DNA from: Anaerolinea sp.
Lineage (GTDB): Bacteria > Chloroflexota > Limnocylindria > Limnocylindrales > CSP1-4
Reading direction: 5' to 3'
Length of the DNA: 64,000 bases
Assembly: GCA_013822395.1 (NCBI GenBank)
Contig: PNKK01000001.1
Coordinates: 20,970-84,969 of the forward strand
Numbering within the stretch: position 1 is the stretch's first letter; the number at the start of each line of letters is the position of its first letter. A program made the translations under genes and the position numbers. Positions 58,035-64,000 of the stretch are shown piece by piece. Below the pieces are notes generated by a model that worked only from the letters and a program-made list of their open reading frames with translations, did no database searches and had not been told where the DNA came from.

Positions 58035-59753
58035 ATGCGCCTGAGTCAGCTCTTCTTCACCACGCTCCGCGACGACCCCAGCGACGCGGAGATGCCTTCC
58101 CACCGCCTCCTCGTCCGGGCCGGCTACGTCCGCCAGCTCGGGTCCGGGATCTACTCCCTTCTGCCGTTGGGCTTCCGCGTCACGCAGCGGGTTGAGCAGG
58201 TCATCCGCGAGGAGATGGATCGGATCGGCAGCCAGGAGATGGAGATGCCGGTCGTCCATCCGGCGGAGGTCTGGAAGGAGAGCGGCCGCTACTTCAAGAT
58301 CGGACCGGAGCTCGTCCGCTTCAAGGATCGCGCCGAGCGGGACATGGTCCTGGCGATGACCCACGAGGAGGTCGTCGCGCTGCTCCTCCGCGACATCGTC
58401 CGGAGCTACCGCCAGCTGCCGATGATGGTCTACCACTTCCAGACGAAGTTCCGCGACGAGCCCCGCGCCCGGGGCGGCCTGATCCGCGTCCGCGAGTTCG
58501 TCATGAAGGACGCCTACAGCTGCGATCGGGACGACGCCGGCCTGGATCGGAGCTACCGGCTCCAGTACGAGGCCTACGAGCGGATCTTCCGGCGGCTCGG
58601 CCTGAACGCGATCGCGGTGGGCGCCGATGTCGGGATCATGGGTGGGACCGGGGCCCACGAATTCATGGTCATCAACGATTTCGGCGAGGACACCCTGGTC
58701 CTGTGCGACGCCTGCGGCTATGCCGACAACCAGCAGATCGCCGTCGTCGGCAAGCCTGAGCCCGCGCCGGAGGCAATCCTCCCGGTGGAGGATGTCGAGA
58801 CGCCCGGCGCGACGACGATCGACGCGCTCGCCCGCTATCTCGACGTGCCCCGCAGCCGGACAGCCAAGGCTGCGTTCTTCATGGCCGGCGATGGCCGGTT
58901 CGTGGTCGCGATCGTTCGCGGCGACTACGACGTGAACGAGACGAAGCTCGTGAACACCATCAAGGCCCGGGGCGGGTTGCGGCCGGCGACGGTCGAGGAG
59001 ATCACCGCGCGCGGGATGGAGGCCGGCTACGGGTCGCCGATCGGTGCGCGGGACGCGGTCGTCGTCGTGGATGAGCTTGCGGCACGCTCGCCGAACCTCG
59101 TCGCGGGGGCGAACCGCGTCGGGTGGCACGTCCGAAACGTCAACGTGCCGCGCGACTACGCCCCGGACCACGTCGCCGAGATCACCAGCGCGCGCGAGGG
59201 CGATCCGTGTCCGCGCTGCGGCGGGCCGGTCAAGCTTCGACAGGGGATCGAGGTCGGCAACATCTTCAAGCTCGGCACGGACTTCTCGGTCGCGTTCGGG
59301 TCCACCTACCTGGGGGAGGACGGACAGGCGCACCCGATCGTCATGGGCTCGTACGGGATCGGGCTCGGGCGAAACGTCGCCTGCATCGTCGAGGCGCACC
59401 ACGACGAGAAGGGGATCGTCTGGCCGGACGAGGTGGCTCCGTACGCGGCCCACCTGGTCACGATCTCCGGCGCGCGGGACCCGCGGGTCGCCGAGGTGGC
59501 GGACCGGCTCCACCAGGTGGCCGCGGACGCCGGTCGGGAGATCCTCTATGACGACCGGGACGAGTCGCCGGGCGTGAAGCTCACCGATGCGGAGCTTCTC
59601 GGCATGCCCTGGATCGTGACGATCAGCCCCCGCTCGCTCGCGGCCGGTGGCGCCGAGCTGACCCGCCGCGCGACAGGGGCGCGGAGCACGGTGCCCATCG
59701 AGCAGCTGGAGGGCTGGCTCCGCGACGGGTTCGAGGTTCGCGCACCGGCCTGA
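58035..59753 (+). CDS. proS: proline--tRNA ligase (bacterial type with INS editing domain)
   Basis: Class-II motifs ...FRDEPRARGGLIRVREFVMKDAYS... and GIGLGR. 572 aa. ATG 58035. Confidence 0.9.
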   Translation: MRLSQLFFTTLRDDPSDAEMPSHRLLVRAGYVRQLGSGIYSLLPLGFRVTQRVEQVIREEMDRIGSQEMEMPVVHPAEVWKESGRYFKIGPELVRFKDRAERDMVLAMTHEEVVALLLRDIVRSYRQLPMMVYHFQTKFRDEPRARGGLIRVREFVMKDAYSCDRDDAGLDRSYRLQYEAYERIFRRLGLNAIAVGADVGIMGGTGAHEFMVINDFGEDTLVLCDACGYADNQQIAVVGKPEPAPEAILPVEDVETPGATTIDALARYLDVPRSRTAKAAFFMAGDGRFVVAIVRGDYDVNETKLVNTIKARGGLRPATVEEITARGMEAGYGSPIGARDAVVVVDELAARSPNLVAGANRVGWHVRNVNVPRDYAPDHVAEITSAREGDPCPRCGGPVKLRQGIEVGNIFKLGTDFSVAFGSTYLGEDGQAHPIVMGSYGIGLGRNVACIVEAHHDEKGIVWPDEVAPYAAHLVTISGARDPRVAEVADRLHQVAADAGREILYDDRDESPGVKLTDAELLGMPWIVTISPRSLAAGGAELTRRATGARSTVPIEQLEGWLRDGFEVRAPA

Positions 59754-59857
59754 GGCTCGGGGCGGTTCGGCGGTTCGGCGGCCGTGAGCCGCCCAATGAA
59801 TCCGGCGGTTCGCACCGCCGAGCCCGAAGGTGGTTCGCCGTTTCTCGGCGGCAGGCG

Positions 59858-60715
59858 TCAGGCTGGCGGCTCGATCGGCCCGGCCGAGTTCGGCTCGGTG
59901 ATGTCGACGACGATCGTATAGCTGCCGGCGTCGGCTCCGGTGGCCGCCTGGGCGGACGCCTCCGAGCGGACGAGGAACCCACCGTCGTTGGCAATCCAGA
60001 CCTCGGACGACCATGAACCCTGGAACCCGGCGATGGCTCCGAGCATCGCCCCGATCGCCTCGTCGCCCTTATACCGGGTGGTCGCGACGCCGTTCTTCGT
60101 CTCGGTGCCGACGACGCCGAAGTTCCCCCCGATTCCGGCGAAGTACATGCTGAACATCTGCTCCGGCCGGAACGCGGCCATCGACTGAGTGAACGCGCCG
60201 GCCTGGGCGGCCGGAATGGCCGTCCACGGCTCGTCGCCCGGGAGACTCCGGAGCCAGGCCTCAGCGCCGATGATCACGATCTCCGTGCCGGACGTGATGT
60301 TCCCCGCGTCATCCAGCTCTGCCTGCACCAGGCTGCTTGCCTCTGCCGGGCTGTTGACGACCACACCGGACATCATCGTTCGGCTGGACGTGGTGGTCGT
60401 GCCGGTGGTCGAGGTCGAGTTGATCTCGACCCGGAACGCATACGAATCGAGCGCATCCAGGGCCGTCGTCGCGGCACTGAACGCCTCGCTGCCGTCGCCG
60501 GGCGCAACGGTCTCGCCGGAGCCCTGGGTCGGCTCGGGCGTCCCGGTGCCGCCGGGACCGGTGGTCTCGCCGGGCGCGACCGAACCGCCCGAGCCAGGGC
60601 TCGGGGCCTGGGACGCCGATCCGCCACATCCGCCGACCAGGAGAACACTCACCAGGCCCAGTGCGAGCAGCGACCTCCACCCACCCGCCCCCGTCGTCAA
60701 CCGTCTCCGTGACAT
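59858..60715 (-). CDS. secreted lipoprotein of unknown function (Gly/Thr/Pro-rich linker)
   Basis: MSRRRLTTGAGGWRSLLALGLVSVLLVGGC is a signal peptide with an LVGGC lipobox. It is followed by a low-complexity G/T/P-rich region and a globular domain. Confidence 0.55.
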   Translation of the reverse strand: MSRRRLTTGAGGWRSLLALGLVSVLLVGGCGGSASQAPSPGSGGSVAPGETTGPGGTGTPEPTQGSGETVAPGDGSEAFSAATTALDALDSYAFRVEINSTSTTGTTTTSSRTMMSGVVVNSPAEASSLVQAELDDAGNITSGTEIVIIGAEAWLRSLPGDEPWTAIPAAQAGAFTQSMAAFRPEQMFSMYFAGIGGNFGVVGTETKNGVATTRYKGDEAIGAMLGAIAGFQGSWSSEVWIANDGGFLVRSEASAQAATGADAGSYTIVVDITEPNSAGPIEPPA

Positions 60716-61040
60716 GCGTCCACCCCTCCCCCGCGGTGAGATCCCCCGTTGCGACGGCCCGCGGGCACCGACGTCAGGTCCGGGGATGCTGGACGCGATT
60801 GGCTCCCGGCCTCGCGACTGTAGCGGATGGGCCGCTCTCGCGTCCACGCCTGCCGGCGGGTGAGGGGATCCGGGATCCCGGGCCGCGTTGGTCCAGGACA
60901 CCCTGTGCGCATGAATGAGCGTGACCTCTGGTGCGTTCAGCCAGATTCCCGCTCGGACTCGGGGGTGGTCCGCTCGTTCGTTGGAAACGTGTGTCTCAGG
61001 CTGTCATCGGGGGTGCTCGGTGCTCAGGGGCGCGGGGGGG

Positions 61041-61100
61041 GGCGCTCGGGGGTGGCGCGGGGGTGGCGCGGGGGTGGCGCGGGGGTGGCGCGGGGGCGCT
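61041..61100. repeat. G-rich tandem 11-mer (GGTGGCGCGGG x4) flanked by GGGGCGCTCGGG on both sides
   Basis: Direct reading of the sequence. Located in the promoter-side intergenic region of the lipoprotein gene. Confidence 0.5.
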
Positions 61101-61150
61101 CGGGCGGCGGCGGCGGGGGGGCTCCGGGGCCCACCAGGACCGCCTGAAGG

Positions 61151-61651
61151 TCAGTCTCCCTCCTGGGCGATCGTTGCCTCGTCGAGCATGGTCCCGTCGA
61201 GGGCCTGCACGGCCGCCCCGCTGCCCGGGGCCTCCGCCAAGAGCTCCGTGCTCGCGACGGCGCCGGCCGGCACGACATCCGCCCCTGGGTCGTCCGTCCG
61301 CGCGATCGAGAACGTGACGCTCGGCGGAATCGCGGCCCCGATCGCGACCTCGCTGACTCTGTAGGGCGAGCCCTTCGCCTTGAGGGCGGCATTCGCCCGT
61401 TCCTGGAGCGCCGTGGCCTTGACGATCACGTCGGCGAGGACGTTGGGATCGATCCGGTCGATCGCCGTGGAGATCCCGTGCTTCGCCCGCGACAGCGCCT
61501 GGCGGGCCTTGTCCGCGGTTGCCGGATCGCTGATCGCGGTCGATGCCCTGTGTGCACCCTCCGAGACGCTCTGGCGCGTCTGGTCGGCGGCCGCCTTCGC
61601 CTGCTCAGCGGCCTGTGCCGCGGCCTGTTTCGCCCGATCGAGAAAGCCCAT
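61151..61651 (-). CDS. hypothetical protein (166 aa, Ala/Gln-rich helical N-terminus)
   Basis: Starts MGFLDRAKQAAAQAAEQAKAAADQTRQS... The ORF in the track is extended upstream through low-complexity sequence. Confidence 0.45.
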   Translation of the reverse strand: MGFLDRAKQAAAQAAEQAKAAADQTRQSVSEGAHRASTAISDPATADKARQALSRAKHGISTAIDRIDPNVLADVIVKATALQERANAALKAKGSPYRVSEVAIGAAIPPSVTFSIARTDDPGADVVPAGAVASTELLAEAPGSGAAVQALDGTMLDEATIAQEGD

Positions 61652-61715
61652 CGACCTCTTCCTCCGGAAGCGCGAGACGGTCGTCCGAACCGGCCCGCCG
61701 GGCCGGTGCCGGTCG

Positions 61716-62333
61716 TCAGGCGTGCTTGATCGTGATCCGCTCGATGATGTTGGCGACGTCCTCGCACTTGTCGATCGTGCCCTCGAGGAGACCGTAGATC
61801 TCCTTCCACTTGATGACCTCGAGCGGGTCGCCGCCGCCGGAGAAGAGGTCCGCGATCGCCTTCCGGGCGAGCTGATCGCCCTCGTTCTCGAGACGATGGA
61901 CCTCGATCCAGTACTTCTCGAGGTGCTTGAAGCCGCGCAGGTGGGTGAGCGCCTCGTGGAGCTGCTCGCACTGGCGAACGACGATCGAGGCCTGCTGCAC
62001 GGCCACCGCGGTCGGGGCCTCGACATGGTAGAGGACGAACGTGTCCGCGACCTCCTCGATGTAGTCGAGGACGTCGTCCAAGCCGCTGATGAGCGCGTGG
62101 ATCTCCTCGCGATCGAACGGCGTGACGAAGGTGGCCTCGAGCCGGTGGCCGATGGCGTGGCTGAGCTCGTCCCCGCGGTGCTCGGCGTCGCGGATCTCGC
62201 CCGCGCGGCGCTCCAGCACATCGTACGAGCGGAGCATCGCCTCGAGCAGTCGGGCGGCCCCGAGGACGTTCGCGACGTCCTCCGCGAACATGTCGAAGAA
62301 GCGTTCCTCGCGGGGGATCAGGCGCAGACGCAC
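61716..62333 (-). CDS. DUF47 / PhoU-like phosphate-transport regulator (Pit accessory protein family)
   Basis: MRLRLIPREERFFDMFAEDVANVLGAARLLEAML...WKEIYGLLEGTIDKCEDVANIIERI matches the YkaA/DUF47 helical-bundle family. Confidence 0.75.
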   Translation of the reverse strand: MRLRLIPREERFFDMFAEDVANVLGAARLLEAMLRSYDVLERRAGEIRDAEHRGDELSHAIGHRLEATFVTPFDREEIHALISGLDDVLDYIEEVADTFVLYHVEAPTAVAVQQASIVVRQCEQLHEALTHLRGFKHLEKYWIEVHRLENEGDQLARKAIADLFSGGGDPLEVIKWKEIYGLLEGTIDKCEDVANIIERITIKHA

Positions 62334-62425
62334 GGTGCGGTCTCCTTCGGGGCTGGGCGTCGCCGTGGCGCGCTCCGAAACGCCGGTGCCGGCGCGGACA
62401 GGGTACCGCGCGCACCGCGGATCGG

Positions 62426-63727
62426 TTGTGCGATCCTCGGCCCGTGGATTGGCTCGTCGTGGGGTTCGTGGCGCTCCAGGCCGTCGTGATCGCGGTTCTC
62501 GCCGGCGTGGCGCTCGCCCGCGGCCGCGTGCTCGACGGCATGGCTGACGGCCTGCGCGAGGGCAGCCCGGATGCCGTGGCGGGATCCGGGCGCGCTCAGG
62601 GTCCCGAGCGCGGAGAGGATCTCGTGGACGGCGTCCGTCGCCTCCGCCGCCGCGCCGAGAGCGCCGAGTACGCCCTCGTGCAGCGCCTCCGCGACCTGGC
62701 CTACCTCGCCGACCTCATCGGCGTCGGAATCGTCCGGCTGACCGACGATCTCCGCGTCGAGGTCGCGAATACGGCGGCCCATGTCTTCCTCGAGCGGAGG
62801 CCCGGCGAGATGCTCGGGCGGACCGCGATGGAGGCGCTCGGCGACCACCGCGTCGAGGCGATCGCTCGCGAGGCTGCCGAGCGAGGCGCCGCGTCCGGCG
62901 AGGTGACGCTCCACGAACCCGAGGGACCGACGCTGATCGTCCGCGCCCGGCGCTCGCCGATTTTGGGAATCTGGCTTGTCCTCGAAGACGTCGCCGAGCT
63001 GCGCCGGCTCCAGCGGATTCGGGCCGAGTTCATCGACAACCTGTCGCATGAGCTGCGCACCCCGATCACGACCGTCGGGCTGCTCGCGGAGACACTTGCC
63101 CGGGATGCCGAGGCCGCGGGCGAGGCGGTCCCGGCCCGGATGCGGGAGCGGATCCGGAAGCTGGAAGTCGAGACAGACACGATCTCCGAGATGGTGACCG
63201 AGCTCCTGGACCTGGCCCGGATCGAGAGCGGCGGCCGCCAGCTCCACCTCGACAGCGTGGATCTCGGCCGCATCGCAACGGAGTCCGTAGAGCGCCTCCG
63301 GCCGTTTGCCGAGCGCCAGGGGATCCGGCTCGAGGTCGAGGTGGCGCCGGCCCTCCCGGCAATCCGCGGCGACGCTGCCCGACTCGGGCAGGTCTTCTCC
63401 AACCTCATCCACAACGCCGTCAAGTTCAGTCCGTCGGAGTCGACCGTCACGGTCACCGTCCGCGCGACCGGCGAGACGGTGGCGGCCTCGGTCGCCGATC
63501 ATGGCGTGGGGATCGCGGCCGCGGACCTGCCCCGGATCTTCGAGCGGTTCTACAAGGCGGACCGGTCCAGGACCGCCGGTGGTGGCACCGGCCTTGGCCT
63601 CGCCATTGCCCGCCACATCGTCGCCGGCCACGGCGGCCGGCTGACCGCCGAGTCGGAGGAGGGCGCCGGCGCCACCTTCACGTTGACCCTGCCGGTGCCC
63701 GACCAGGCGCCGGGAAGAGGAGCTTGA
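62426..63727 (+). CDS. sensor histidine kinase (PhoR/SenX3-like)
   Basis: One N-terminal TM helix. H-box LSHELRTPITT. N-box QVFSNLIHNAVKF. G-boxes DHGVGI and GGTGLGLAIA. A TTG at 62426 or a GTG at 62444 is the possible start. Confidence 0.8.
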   Translation: MCDPRPVDWLVVGFVALQAVVIAVLAGVALARGRVLDGMADGLREGSPDAVAGSGRAQGPERGEDLVDGVRRLRRRAESAEYALVQRLRDLAYLADLIGVGIVRLTDDLRVEVANTAAHVFLERRPGEMLGRTAMEALGDHRVEAIAREAAERGAASGEVTLHEPEGPTLIVRARRSPILGIWLVLEDVAELRRLQRIRAEFIDNLSHELRTPITTVGLLAETLARDAEAAGEAVPARMRERIRKLEVETDTISEMVTELLDLARIESGGRQLHLDSVDLGRIATESVERLRPFAERQGIRLEVEVAPALPAIRGDAARLGQVFSNLIHNAVKFSPSESTVTVTVRATGETVAASVADHGVGIAAADLPRIFERFYKADRSRTAGGGTGLGLAIARHIVAGHGGRLTAESEEGAGATFTLTLPVPDQAPGRGA

Positions 63728-64000
63728 TGCAGCACCTGGACGTCGCCACGCTCAACCTCCGGAACATCGCCGACCGCTGGCCGGAGCGGCTTCCGCTGCT
63801 CCTCGCCGACATGGCGGCCCTCCAGCCGGACCTCCTGGGCCTCCAGGAGTGCGTCTTCGCGGTGGGGCAGGACCGGCTCCTGGGCGCCGCCGGCGAGGGT
63901 CGGTACGAGGTCCATCGCGGCTGGGCCGGCCGTCCGGAATACGGGAACAGCGTGCTCATCCGCGGACCGCTCGCCACGGCCGGCGGGGCGGCCGTGGAGC
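63727..64000 (+). CDS. endonuclease/exonuclease/phosphatase (EEP)-family protein, 5' part (runs off the window end)
   Basis: ATG overlaps the kinase stop (TGATG). MQHLDVATLNLRNIADRWPERLPLLLADMAALQPDLLGLQEC resembles the EEP N-terminal motif. Confidence 0.45.
   Translation, partial: MQHLDVATLNLRNIADRWPERLPLLLADMAALQPDLLGLQECVFAVGQDRLLGAAGEGRYEVHRGWAGRPEYGNSVLIRGPLATAGGAAVE

Noticed and set aside
57861-60014. 717-aa minus-strand ORF
   Set aside because: It is antisense to proS.

Overview
This is a high-GC (~70%+) chromosomal segment that looks actinobacterial. The signals for that are an Eis-like acetyltransferase, an MmpL-type transporter, an LLM-class oxidoreductase and an intein-bearing SufB. 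Antisense ORFs are abundant, which is typical at this GC content, and I treat them as artefacts. Gene content is mostly housekeeping and metabolism, left to right:

- A TetR regulator divergent from a partial MMPL transporter, followed by a phosphotriesterase-family hydrolase and an ABC-2 exporter.
- An OsmC/Ohr protein, a YcaQ/AlkZ-like winged-helix protein, a truncated RND-transporter remnant, a NUDIX hydrolase and a DUF421 membrane protein.
- An Eis-like GNAT acetyltransferase.
- A Fe-S assembly locus sufB (carrying a 359-aa LAGLIDADG intein), sufD and a Rieske protein, with no sufC/sufS/sufU following.
- A penicillin-acylase-family Ntn hydrolase and an ornithine cyclodeaminase.
- A membrane-bound-ferritin/VIT1 fusion, a small membrane protein, a cupin and an Lrp/AsnC regulator.
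- lgt, a PlsC-type acyltransferase, cystathionine beta-synthase, an HTH-PIN toxin-antitoxin pair and cystathionine gamma-lyase.
- ATP-dependent PEP carboxykinase and malate dehydrogenase.
- A VapBC pair and an HTH plus unknown 164-aa pair.
- An S8 subtilase and a divergent Lgt-like paralog.
- A reductive pyrimidine-catabolism cluster: mmsA, dihydropyrimidinase, an LLM oxidoreductase, a eukaryotic-type beta-ureidopropionase, a class-III aminotransferase, a four-gene ABC importer and upp. A two-gene AmmeMemoRadiSam module (radical SAM plus MEMO1, no AMMECR1) and an XRE regulator sit inside it.
- Asparaginase II, a J-domain membrane protein, a frameshifted DtxR/MntR regulator, gltX, an OmpR-type response regulator, pitA, proS, a lipoprotein, a DUF47/PhoU-like protein, a PhoR/SenX3-like histidine kinase and a partial EEP-family gene at the window end.

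Non-coding structure I could see includes MIRU-like ~80-bp tandem repeats, a triplicated 17-bp near-palindromic motif upstream of pckA, a candidate sufB promoter/operator, G-rich tandem 11-mers, and operator-like palindromes upstream of the TetR, Lrp and toxin-antitoxin genes.

I found no CRISPR array, rRNA/tRNA or transposase.

The candidates I rank highest for something undescribed are three. First, the HTH plus 164-aa two-gene module. Second, the reductive pyrimidine cluster, which lacks a dihydropyrimidine dehydrogenase but contains an LLM oxidoreductase and a tiny lysine-rich ORF. Third, the AMMECR1-less AmmeMemoRadiSam pair embedded in that cluster.
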